NCBI RefSeq assembly: GCF_009914755.1
Contig: NC_060933.1
Length of the DNA: 64,000 bases
From: the human T2T-CHM13v2.0 reference genome, Homo sapiens
Strand: one strand, 5' to 3'
Shown: positions 29,076 through 42,900 of the stretch, in pieces
Position numbering within the stretch: the stretch's first letter is position 1
How the letters are laid out: each line of letters begins with the position of its first letter
Program-made: the position numbers and the translations under genes
Notes under the pieces: generated by a model
The model's database searches: none
What the model was told of the DNA's origin: nothing
What the model saw: the letters and a program-made list of their open reading frames with translations, nothing else

Positions 29076-32000
29076 TACATTCGGATTGATTCTATTCAAC
29101 TCCCTTACTCTCCATTACATTCCATTCCATTCGGGTTGTTCCATTCCATTCCATTCCATTCCACTCCATTCCATTGCACTCGGGTTGATTCCATTCCATT
29201 CCATTCCATTCCATTCCATTACGGATGATTCCATTCCATTGCCTTCCGTTCCATTACATTCCCCTAAACTCGCGTTGATTCCATTCCATTCCATTCCATT
29301 CCATTCAATTCCGTTCCATTACAATTCGTTCCATTCCATTCTATTCCATACCATTCCATTCCATTCCATACCATTCCATTGCATTCCATTCCATTCCATT
29401 CCGTTCCATTCCGTTCCATTCCATTCCATTCCATTCTATTCGGGTTAATTCCATTCCATTCCATTCCATTCCATTCCATTCCATTCCATTCCATTCTATT
29501 ACAATCGAGTTGATTCCATTCCATTCCATTCCATTCCATTCCATTCCAGTCCTTTCCATTCCATTCCACTCGGGTTGATTCCATTCTATTAGTTTCCATT
29601 CCATTCCATTCCCTTCCATTCCACTCTGCTGATTCCATTCCTTTCCATTCCACTCGAATACATTCCCTCCTATTCCACTCGGAACGATTCCATTCCATTC
29701 CATTCCATTCCATTCCATTCCATTCCATTCCATTCCATTTCTTTCCATTCCATTCTATTCCGTATCATTCCATTCCATTCCATTCCATTCCACTCCATTC
29801 CATTCCACTCGTGTTGATTCCATTCCTTTCCATTCCATTAGGTTTGAAGGCATTCCATTCCATTCCATTCCATTCCATTCCATTCCATTCCATTCCATTC
29901 CATTGTACTCGGGTTGATTCCATTCCATTGCATTCCATTCCATTCCATTCCGGATGATTCCATTCCATTGCATTCCATTCCATTCCATTCCCCTGCACTC
30001 GGGTTGATTCCATTGCATTCCATTCCATTACATTCCGTTCCATTCCATTCCATTACATTCGGATTGATTCTATTCAATTCCCTTACACTCCATTACATTC
30101 CATTCCATTCGGGTAGTTTCCATTCCATTCCATTCCATTCCTCTCCATTCCATTGCACTCGGGTTGATTCCATTCCATTCCATTCCATTCCATTCCATTC
30201 CGGATGATTCCATTCCATTGCATTCCGTTCCATTACATTCCCCTGCACTCGCGTTGATTCCATTCCATTCCATTCCATTCCATTGAATTCCATTCCATTA
30301 CAATTCCTTCCATTCCATTCTATTCCGTACCATTCCATTCCATTCCATACCATTCCATTGCATTCCATTCCATTCCATTCCATTCCATTCCACTCCATTC
30401 CAGTCCTATCCATTCCATTCCAATCAGGTTGATTCCATTCTATTCCTTTCCATTCGATCTCTTTCCATTGCAATCGAGTTGATTCCATTGCTTTGCATTC
30501 CATTCCATTCCATTCCATTCCGGATGATTCCATTCCATTGCATTCCATTCCATTCCATTCCCCTGCACTCGGGTTGAATCCATTCCATTCCACTCCATTC
30601 CGTTCCATTCCATTCCATTCCATTCCATTCCATTGTATTCGGGTTAATTCCATTCCATTCCATTCCATTCCATTCCATTACAATCGAGTTGATTCCATTC
30701 CATTCCATTCCATTCCATTCCAGTCCTTTCCATTCCATTCCACTCGGGTTGATTCCAATCTATTAGTTTCCATTCCATTCCATTCCCTTCCATTCCACTC
30801 TGGTTGATTCCATTCCTTTCCATTCCACTCGAATACATTCCCTCCTATTCCACTCCGAACGATTCCATTCCATTCCATTCCATTCCATTCCATTCCATTC
30901 CGTTCCATTCCATTCCATTACATTCGGATTGATACTATTCAATTCCCTTACACTCCAGTACATTCCATTCCATTCGGGTAGTTTCCATTCCATTCCATTC
31001 CATTCCTCTCCATTCCATTGCACTCGGGTTGATTCCACTCCATTGCATTGCATTCCATTCCATTCAATTCCATTCCGTTCCATTCCATTCCATTACATTC
31101 GGATTGATTCTATTCAACTCCCTTACTCTCCATTCCATTCCATTCCATTCGGGTTGTTCCATTCCATTCCATTCCATTCCACTCCATTCCATTGCACTCG
31201 GGTTGATTCCATTCCATTCCATTCCATTCCATTCCATTCCATTCCATTCCGGATGATTCCATTCCATTACATTCCGTTCCATTACATTCCCCTGCACTCG
31301 GGTTGATTCCATTCCATTCCATTCCATTCCATTCCATTCCATTCCATTACAATTCTTTCCATTCCATTCTATTCCGTACCATTCCATTCCATTCCATACA
31401 ATTCCATTCCATTCCATTCCATTCCGTTCCGTTCCGTTCCGTTCCGTTCCGTTCCATTCCATTCCATTCCATTCTATTCGGGTTAATTCCATTCCATTCC
31501 ATTCCATTCCATTCTATTCCATTCCATTGCAATCGAGTTGAATCCATTGCATTCCATTCCATTCCATTCCGGAAGATTCCATTGCATTGCATTCCATTCC
31601 ATTCCATTCCCCTGCACTCGTGTTGATTCCATTCCATTCCATTCCATTCCATTCCATTCCGATCCGTTCCATTCCATTCCATTCCATTCCATTCCATTCC
31701 ATTCCGTTCAGTTCCGTTCTATTCCATTCCATTCCATTCTATGCGGGTTAATTCCATTCCATTCCATTCGATTGCAATCGAGTTGATTCCATTCCATTCC
31801 ATTCCATTCCATTCCATTCCATTCCATTCCATTCCATTCCATTCCATTCCATTCCTTTCCATTAAATTACGTATGATTCCATTCCATTTTATTCCATTCC
31901 ATTCCATTCCCCGGTACTCTGGTTGATTCCATTCCATTCCATTCCAATCCATGCCATTCCACTCGTGTTGATTCCATTCTTTCCATTCCATTCAAGTTGA

Positions 32001-35000
32001 ATCCATTCCATTGCATTCCATTCCATTCGATTCCATTCTATTGCACTCGGGTTGATTCCATGGCATTGCATTTCATTCCATTGCATTCCATTCCTTTCCA
32101 TTCCATTCCATTCCATTCGGATTCATTCTATTCAATTCCCTTACACTCCATTACATTCCATTCCATTCGGGTAGTTTCCATTCCATTCCATTCCATTCCT
32201 CTCCATTCCATTGCACTCGGGTTGATTCCATTCCATTCCATTCCATTCCATTCCATTCCATTCCGGATGATTCCATTCCATTGAATTCCATTCCATTCCA
32301 TTCCCCTGCACTTGGGTTGATTCCATTCCATTCCATTCCATTCCTTTCTGTTCCATTCCATTCCATTCCATTCCATTCCATTCTATTCGTGTTAATTCCA
32401 TTCCATTCTATTCCATTCCATTCCATTGAAATCGAGTTGATTCCATTCCATTCCATTCCATTCCATTCCATTCCTATTCCATTCCATTCCATTCCATTCC
32501 ATTCCGGATGATTCCATTACATTGCATTCCATTCCATTCCATTCCCCTGCACTCGGGTTGATTCCATTCGATTCCATTGCATTACATTCCGTTCCATTCC
32601 GTTCCATTTCATTCTATTCGGGTTAATTCCATTCCATTGCATTCCACTCCATTCCAGTCCTTTCCATTCCATTCCACTCGGGTTGATTCCATTCTATTCC
32701 TTTCCATTCCATTCCATTCCATTGCAATCGAGTTGATTCCATTCGAGTTGAATCCATTCCATTCCATTCCATTCCATTGCACACGGGTTCATTCCATTCC
32801 ATTCCATTCCATTCCATTCCATTCCATTCCATTTCATTCCATTCCATTCTATTCCGTACCATTCCATTCCATCCCATTCCATTCCGTTCCATTCCATGCC
32901 ATTACACTCGGGTTGATTCCATTCCTTTCCATTCCATTCTTGTTGAATCCATTCCATTCCATTCCATTCCATTCGAATCCATTCCATTGCACTCGGGTTG
33001 ATTCCATTCCATTCCATTCCATTCCATTTCATTCCATTCCATTCCATTACATTCGGATTGATTCTATTGAATTCCCTTACACTCCATTACATTCCTTTCC
33101 ATTCGGGATGTTTCCTTTCCATTCCATTCCATTCCACTCCATTCCATTGCATCAGGTTGATGGCATTCCATTCAATTCCATTCCATTCCGGATGATTCCA
33201 TTCCATTGCATTCCATTCCATTCCATTCCCCTGCACTCGGGTTGATTCCATTCCATTCCATTCCATTCCATTGCATTCCGTTCCATTCCATTCCATTCCA
33301 TTCTATTCTGGTTAATTCCATTCCATTACATTCGATTCCATTCCATTCCCTTCCATTCCATTGCAATCGAGTTGATTCCATTCCATTCCATTCCATTCCG
33401 TTCCGGATGATTCCATTCCATTCCATTCCATTCCATTCCATTCCATTCCCCTGCAGTCGGGTTGATTCCATTCCATTCCATTCCATTCCATTCCATTCCA
33501 TTCCATTCCATTTCGTTCCATTCCATTCCATTCCATTCTATTCGGGTGAATTCCATTCCATTCCATTCCATTCCATTCCATTCCATTCCACTCCATTCCA
33601 GTCCTTTCCATTCCATTACACTCGGGTGATTCCATTCTATTCCTTTCCATTCCATTCCATTCCATTGCAATCGAGTTGATTCCATTGCTTTGCATTCCAT
33701 TCCATTCCATTCCATTCCGGATGATTCCATTCCGTTGCATTCCTTTCCATTACATTCCCCTGCACTCGGGTTTATTCCATTCCATTCCATTCCATTACAT
33801 TCGATTCCATTCCATTCCCCTGCACTCGCGTTGATTCCATTCCTTTCCATTCCATTCCATTCCATTCCATTCCATTCCTCTCCGTTCCATTCCATTCCAT
33901 TCCATTCCATTCCATTCCGTTCCGTTCCATTCCATTCCATTCCATTCTATTCGCGTTAATTCCATTCCATTCCATTCGATTGCAATCGAGTTGATTCCAT
34001 TCCATTCCATTCCATTCCATTCCATTCCATTCCATTCCATTCCATTCCATTCCATTACGGATGATTCTATTCCATTGCATTCCATTCCATTCCATTCCCC
34101 TGTACTCGGGTTGATTCCATTGCATTCCATTCCATTCCATTCCCCTGCAGTCGGGTTGATTCCATTCCATTCCATTCCATTCCTTTCCATTCCATTCCAT
34201 TCCGTTCCGTTCCGTTCCATTCCATTCCATTCTATTCGGGTTAATTCCATTCCATTCCATTCCATTCCTTTCCATTCCATTCCAATCGAGTTGATTCCAT
34301 TCCATTCCATTCCATTCCATTCCATTCCAGTCCTTTCCATTCCATTCCACTCGGGTTGATTCCAATGTATTCCTTTCCATTCCATTCCATTCCATTGCAA
34401 TTGAGTTGATTCCATTGCTTTGCATTCCATTCCATTCCATTCCATTCCGGATGACTCCATTCCATTGCATTCCATTCCATTGCATTCCCCTGCACTCGGG
34501 TTGATTCCATTCCATTCCACTCCATTCCTTTGCATTCCATTCCATTCCATTGTATTCGGGTTAATTCCATTCCATTCCATTCCATTCCATTCCATTCCAT
34601 TCCATTCCATTACAATCGAGTTGATTCCATTCCATTCCATTCCATTCCATTCCATTCCATTCCAGTCCTTTCCATTCCATTCCACTCGGGTTGATTCCAT
34701 TCTATTCATTTCCATTCCATTCCATTCCCTTCCATTCCACTCTGGTTGATTCCATTCCTTTCCATTCCACTCGAATACATTCCCTCCTATTCCACTCGGA
34801 ACGATTCCATTCCATTCCATTCCATTCCATTCCATTCCATTCCATTCCATTCCATTTCGTTCCATTCCATTCTATTCCGTATCATTCCATTCCATTCCAT
34901 TCCAATCCAATCCATTCCATTCCACTCGTGTTGATTCCATTCCTTTCCATTCCATTCGGTTTGAAGGCTTTCCATTCCATTCCATTCCATTCCATTCCAT

Positions 35001-38000
35001 TCCATTCCATTCCATTCCATTGTACTCGGGTTGATTCCATTCCATTGCATTCCATTCCATTCCATTCCATTGCAATCCATTGCATTCCATTCCATTACAT
35101 TCGGATTGATTCTATTCAACTCCCTTACTCTCCATTACATTCCATTCCATTCGGGTTGTTCCATTCCATTCCATTCCATTCCACTCCATTCCATTGCACT
35201 CGGGTTGATTCCATTCCATTCCATTCCATTCCATTCCATTCCATTCCGGATGATTCCATTCCACTGCATTCCGTTCCATTACATTCCCCTGCACTCGCGT
35301 TGATTCCATTCCATTCCATTCCATTCCATTCCATTCCATTCCGTTCCGTTCCATTCCATTCCATTCCATTCTATTTGGGTTAATTCCATTCCATTCCATT
35401 CGATTGCAATCGAGTTGATTCCATTCCATTCCATTCCATTCCATTCCATTCCATTCCATTCCTTTCCATTACATTACGGATGATTCCATTCCATTGCATT
35501 CCATTCCATTCCATTCCCCTGTACTCAGGTTGATTCCATTCCATTCCATTCCAATCCATGCCATTCCACTCGTATTGATTCCATTGTTTCCATTCCATTC
35601 AAGTTGAATCCATTCCATTGCATTACATTCCATTCGATTCCATTCGATTGCACTCGGGTTGATTCCATTCCATTGCATTCCATTCCATTCCATTCCATTC
35701 CATTCCATTCCATTCCATTCCGTTCCATTCCATTCCATTACATTCGGATTGATTCTATTCAATTCCCTTACACTCCATTACATTCCATTCCTTTCGGGTA
35801 GTTTCCATTCCATTCCATTCCATTCCTCTCCATTCCATTGCACTCGGGTTGATTCCATTCCATTGCATTCCATTCCATACCATTCAATTCCATTCCGTTC
35901 CATTCCATTCCATTACATTCGGATTGATTCTATTCAACTCCCTTACTCTCCATTACATTCGATTCCATTCGGGTTGTTCCATTCCATTCCATTCCATTCC
36001 ACTCCATTCCATTGCACTCAGGTTGATTCCATTCAATTCCATTCCATTGCATTCCATTCCATTCCATTCCATTCCGGAAGATTCCATTCCATTGCATTCC
36101 ATTCCATTCCATTCCCCTGCACTCACGTTGATTTCATTCCATTCCATTCCATTCCATTCCATTTCATTCCATTCAATTCCTTTCCATTCCATTCCATTCC
36201 ATTCCATTCCATTCCATTCCATTCCGTTCCGTTCTGTTCCATTCCATTCCATTCCATTCTATTCGGGTTAATTCCATTCCATTCCATTCCATTGCAATCG
36301 AGGTGATTCCATGCCATTCCATTCCATTCCATTCCATGCCTTTCCATTCCATTACGGATGATTCCATTCCATTGAATTCCATTCCATTCCTTTCCCCTGT
36401 ACTCGGGTTGATTCCATTCCATTCCATTCCAATCCATGCCATTCCACTCGTGTTGATTCCATTCTTTCCATTCCATTCAAGTTGAATCCATTCCATTGCT
36501 TTCCATTCCATTCCATTCCCCTGTAGTCGGGTTGATTCCATTCCATTCCATTCCATTCCATTCCATTCCATTCCATTCCGTTCCGTTCCGTTCCGTTCCG
36601 TTCCATTCCATTCCATTCCATTCTATTCGGGTTAATTCCATTCCATTCCATTCCATTCCATTCCATTCCATTCCATTCCAATCGAGTTGATTCCATTCCA
36701 TTCCATTCCATTCCATTCCACTCCATTCCAGTACTTTCCATTCCATTCCACTCGGGATGATTCCAATGTATTCCTTTCCATTCCATTCCATTCCATTGCA
36801 ATCGAGTTGATTCCATTGCTTTGCATTCCATTCCATTCCATTCCATTCCATTCCGGATGACTCCATTCCATTGCATTCCATTCCATTGCATTCCCCTGCA
36901 CTCGGGTTGATTCCATTCCGTTCCACTCCATTCCGTTGCATTCCATTCCATTCCATTGTATTCGGGTTAATTCCATTCCATTCCATTCCATTCCATTCCA
37001 TTCCAATCGAGTTGATTCCATTCCATTCCATTCCATTCCATTCCATTCCATTCCATTCCAGTCCTTTCCATTGCATTCCACTCGGGTTGATTCCATTCTA
37101 TTAGTTTCCATTCCTTTCCATTCCCTTCCATTCCACTCTGGTTGATTCCATTCCTTTCCATTCCACTCGAATACATTCCCTCCTATTCCACTCGGAACGA
37201 TTCCATTCCATTTCATTCCGTTCCATTCCATTCCATTCCATTCCATTCCATTTCGTTCCATTGCATTCTATTCCGTATCATTCCATTCCATTCCTTTCCA
37301 TTCCATTCCATTCCATTCCATTCCACTCGTGTTGATTCCATTCCTTTCCATTCCATTCGGTTTGAAGGCTTTCCATTCCATTCCATTCCATTCCATTCCA
37401 TTCCATTCCACTCCATTGTACTCGGGTTGATTCCATTCCATTGCATTCCATTCCATTCCATTCCATTCCAATCCGTTGCATTCCATTCCATTACATTCGG
37501 ATTGATTCTATTCAACTCCCTTACTCTCCATTACATTCCATTCCATTCGGGTTGTTCCATTCCATTCCATTCCATTCCACTCCATTCCATTGCACTCGGG
37601 TTGATTCCATTCCATTCCATTCCATTCCATTCCATTCCGTATGATTCCATTCCATTGCATTCCGTTCCATTACATTCCCCTGCACTCGCGTTGATTCCAT
37701 TCCATTCCATTCCATTCCATTCCATTCAATTCCATTCCATTACAATTCGTTCCATTCAATTCTATTCCGTACCATTCCATTCCATTCCATACCATTCCAT
37801 TCCATTCCATTCCATTCCATTCCATTCCATTCCATTCCGTTCCATTCCGTTCCATTCCATTCCATTCCATTCTATTCGGGTTAATTCCATTCCATTCCAT
37901 TCAATTCCATTCCATTCCATTCCAATCTATTCCATTCCATTGCAATCGAGTTGAATCCATTGCATTTCATTCCATTCCATTCCATTCCATTGCAATCGAG

Positions 38001-39975
38001 TTGAATCCATTGCATTTCATTCCATTCCATTCCATTCCATTCCATTCCATTCCATTCCGGAAGATTCCATTCCATTGCATTCCATTCCATTCCATTCCCC
38101 TGCACTCGCGTTGATTCCTTTCCATTCCATTCCATTCCATTCCATTCCATTCCGTTCCGTTCCGTTCCATTTCATTCCATTCCATTCCATTCCATTCCGT
38201 TCCGTTCCATTCCATTCCATTCCATTCTATTCGGGTTAATTCCATTCCTTTCCATTCGATTGCAATCGAGTTGATTCCATTCCATTCCATTCCATTCCAT
38301 TCCATTCCATTCCATTCCAATCGAGTTGATTGCATTCCATTCCATTCCATTCCATTCCACTCCATTCCAGTCCTTTCCATTCCATTCCACTCGGGTTGAT
38401 TCCATTCTATTCCTTTCCATTCCATTCCATTCCATTGCAATCGAGTTGATTCAATTGCTTTGCATTCCATTCCATTCCATTCCATTCCGGATGATTCCAT
38501 TCCATTGCATTCCATTCCATTCCATTCCCCTGCACTCGGGTTGATTCCATTCCATTCCACTCCATTCCGTTCCATTCCATTCCATTCCATTTTATTCGGG
38601 TTAATTCCATTCCATGCCATTCCATTCCATTCCATTCCATTCCATTCCATTCCATTCCATTCTATTAAAATCGAGTTGATTCCATTCCATTCCATTCCAT
38701 TCCATTCCATTCCATTCCAGTCCTTTCCATTCCATTCCACTCGGGTTGATTCCATTCTATTAGTTTCCATTCCATTCCATTCCCTTCCATTCCACTCTGG
38801 TTGATTCCATTCCTTTCCATTCCAATCGAATACATTCCCTCCTATTCCACTCGGATCGATTCCATTCCATTCCATTCCATTCCATTCCATTCCATTCCAT
38901 TCCATTCCATTCCATTCCATTTCGTTCCATTCCATTCTATTCCGTACCATTCCATTCCATTCCATTCCTTTCCATTCCATTCCATTCCATTCCACTCTTG
39001 TTGATTCCATTCCTTTCCATTCCATTCGGTTTGAAGTCATTCCATTCCATTCAATTCCATTCCATACCATTCTATTCCATTCCATTCCATTCCATTGTAC
39101 TCGGGTTGATTCCATTCCATTCCATTCCATTCCATTCCATTCCATTCCATTCCATTCCGTTGCATTCCATTCCATTACATTCGGACTGATTCTATTCAAC
39201 TCCCTTACTCTCCATTACATTCCATTCCATTCGGGTTGTTCCATTCCATTCCATTCCATTCCACTCCATTCCATTGCACTCGGGTTGATTCCATTCCATT
39301 CCATTCCATACCATTCCATTCCATTCCATTCCATTCCATTCCGTTCCATTCCGTTCCATTCCATTCCATTCCATTCTATTCGGGTTAATTCCATTCCATT
39401 CCATTCCATTCCATTCTATTGCATTCCATTGCAATCGAGTTGAATCCATTGCATTTCATGCCATTCCATTCCATTCCATTCCATTCCGGAAGTTTCCATT
39501 CCATTGCATTCCATACCATTCCATTTCCCTGCACTCGCGTTGATTCCATTCCATTCCATTCCATTCCATTCCATTCCGTTCCGTTCCGTTCCATTCCATT
39601 CTATTCCATTCCATTGCATTCCATTCCGTTCCGTTCCATTCCATTCCATTCCATTCTATTTGGGTTAATTCCATTCCATTCCATTCGATTGCAATCGAGT
39701 TGATTCCATTCCATTCCATTCCATTCCATTCCATTCCATTCCATTCCTTTCCATTACATTACGGATGATTCCATTCCATTGCATTCCATTCCATTCCATT
39801 CCCCTGTACTCGGGTTGATTCCATTCCATTCCATTCCAATCCATGCCATTCCACTCGTATTGATTCCATTCTTTCCATTCCATTCAAGTAGAATCCATTC
39901 CATTGCATTCCATTACATTCGATTCCATTCGATTGCACTCGGGTTGATTCCATTCCATTGTATTCCATTCCATTC

Positions 39976-42900
39976 CATTCCATTCCATTCCATTCAATTC
40001 CATTCCGTTCCATTCCATTCCATTACATTCGGATTGATTCTATTCAACTCCCTTACTCTCCATTACATTCCATTCCATTCGGGTTGTTCCATTCCATTCC
40101 ATTCCATTCCACTCCATTCCATTGCACTCGGGTTGATTCCATTCCATTCCATTCCATTCCATTCCATTCCATTCCATTCCATTCCGGAAGATTCCATTCC
40201 ATTGCATTCCATTCCATTCCATTCCCCTGCACTCGCGTTGATTCCATTCCATTCCATTCTATTCCATTCCATTCCGTTCCGTTCCATTCCATTCCATTCC
40301 ATTCTATTCGGTTAATTCCATTCCATTCCATTCGATTGCAATCGAGTTGATTCCATTCCATTCCATTCCATTCCATTCCATTCCATTCCATTCCATTCCA
40401 TTCCATTCCTTTCCTTTCCATTCCATTACGGATGATTCCATTCCATTGCATTCCATTCCATTCCATTCCCCTGTACTCGGGTTGATTCCATTCCATTCCA
40501 TTCCAATCCATGCCGTTCCACTCGTGTTGATTCCATTCTTTCCATTCCATTCAAGTTGAATCCATTCCATTGCATTCCATTCCATTCGATTCCATTCGAT
40601 TGCACTCGGGTTGATTCCATTCCATTGCATTCCATTCCTTTCCATTCCATTCCATTCCATTCCGTTCCATTCCATTTCATTACTTTCAGATTTATTCTAT
40701 TCAATTCCCTTACACTCCATTATATTCCAATCCATTCTGGTTGTTTCCATTCCATTCCATTCCATTTCACTCCATTCCATTGCACTCGGGCTGATTCCAT
40801 TCCATTCCATTCCATTGCATTCCATTCCATTCCATTCCGGATGATTCCATTCCATTGCATTCCATTCCATTCCATTCCCCTGCACTCGGGTTGATTCCAT
40901 TCCATTCCATTACATTCCGTTCCATTCCATTCCATTCCATTCGGATTGATTGTATTCAATTCCCTTACACTCCATTACATTCCATTCCATTCGGGTAGTT
41001 TCCATTCCATTCCATTCCATTCCTCTCCATTCCATTGCACTCGGGTTGATTCCATTCCTTTCCATTCCATTGCATTCCATTCCATTCCATTCCATTACAT
41101 TCGGATTGATTCTATTCAACTCCCTTACTCTCCATTACATTCCATTCCATTCGGGTTGTTCCATTCCATTCCATTCCATTCCACTCCATTCCATTTCACT
41201 CGGGTTGATTCCATTCCATTCCATTCCATTCCATTCCATTCCATTCCATTCCATTCCATTCCGGATGATTCCATTCCATTGCATTCCATTCCATTCCATT
41301 CCCCTGTACTCGGGTTGATTCCATTCCATTCCATTCCAATCCATGCCATTTCACTCGTGTTGATTCCATTCTTTCCATTCCATTCAAGTTGAATCCATTC
41401 CATTGCATTCCATTCCATTCCATTCCCCTGCAGTCGGGTTGATTTCATTCCATTCCATTCCATTCCATTCCATTCCATTCCATTCCGGAAGATTCCACTC
41501 CATTGCATTCCATTCCATTCCATTCCCCTGCACTCGCGTTGATTCCATTCCATTCCATTCTATTCCATTCCATTCCGGTCCGTTCCATTCCATTCCATTC
41601 TATTCGGTTAATTCCATTCCATTCCATTCGATTGCAATCGAGTTGATTCCATTCCATTCCATTCAATTCCATTCCATTCCATTCCATTCCTTTCCATTCC
41701 ATTACGGATGATTCCATTCCATTGCATTCCATTCCATTCCATTCCCCTGTACTCGGGTTGATTCCATTCCATTCCATTCCAATCCATGCCGTTCCACTCG
41801 TGTTGATTCCATTCTTTTCATTCCATTCAAGTTGAATCCATTCCATTGCATTGCATTCCATTCGATTCCATTCGATTGCACTCGGGTTGATTCCATTCCA
41901 TTGCATTCCATTCCATTCCATTCCATTCCATTCCATTCCGTTCCATTCCATTTCATTACATTCAGATTTATTCTATTCAATTCCCTTACACTCCATTATA
42001 TTCCAATCCATTCTGGTTGTTTCCATTCCATTCCATTCCATTTCACTCCATTCCATTGCACTCGGGTTGATTCCATTCCATTCCATTCCATTGCATTCCA
42101 TTCCATTCCATTCCGGATGATTCCATTCCATTGCATTCCATTCCATTCCATTCCCCTGCACTCGGGTTGATTCCATTCCATTCCATTACATTCCGTTCCA
42201 TTCCATTCCATTCCATTCGGATTGATAGTATTCAATTCCCTTACACTCCATTACATTCCATTCCATTCGGGTAGTTTCCATTCCATTCCATTCCATTCCT
42301 CTCCATTCCATTGCACTCGGGTTGATTCCATTCATTTCCATTCCATTGCATTCCATTCCATTCCATTCCATTACATTCGGATTGATTCTATTCAACTCCC
42401 TTACTCTCCATTACATTCCATTCCATTCGGGTTGTTCCATTCCATTCCATTCCATTCCACTCCATTCCATTGCACTCGGGTTGATTCCATTCCATTCCAT
42501 TCCATTCCATTCCATTCCATTCCATTCCATTCCATTCCGGATGATTCCATTCCATTGCATTCCATTCCATTCCATTCCCCTGTACTCGGGTTGATTCCAT
42601 TCCATTCCATTCCAATCCATGCCATTCCACTAGTGTTGATTCCATTCTTTCCATTCCATTCAAGTTGAATCCATTCCATTGCATTCCATTCCATTCCATT
42701 CCCCTGCAGTCGGGTTGATTCCATTCCATTCCATTCCATTCCATTCCATTCCATTCCATTCCGTTCCGTTCCATTCCATTCCATTCCTTTCTATTCGAGT
42801 TAATTCCATTCCATTCCATTCCATTCCATTCCATTCCATTCCATTCCATTCCAATTAAGTTGATTCCATTCCATTCCATTCCATTCCATTCCATTCCATT

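Larger units (their letters stand above)
11121..39975 (+). repeat. 28,855-bp macro-repeat unit, copy 1 (complete)
   Basis: ORF translations recur identically at +28855 (11185..11397 = 40040..40252; 18932..19945 = 47787..48800; 25576..26787 = 54431..55642). Identity breaks upstream of 11121/39976. Confidence 0.93.
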
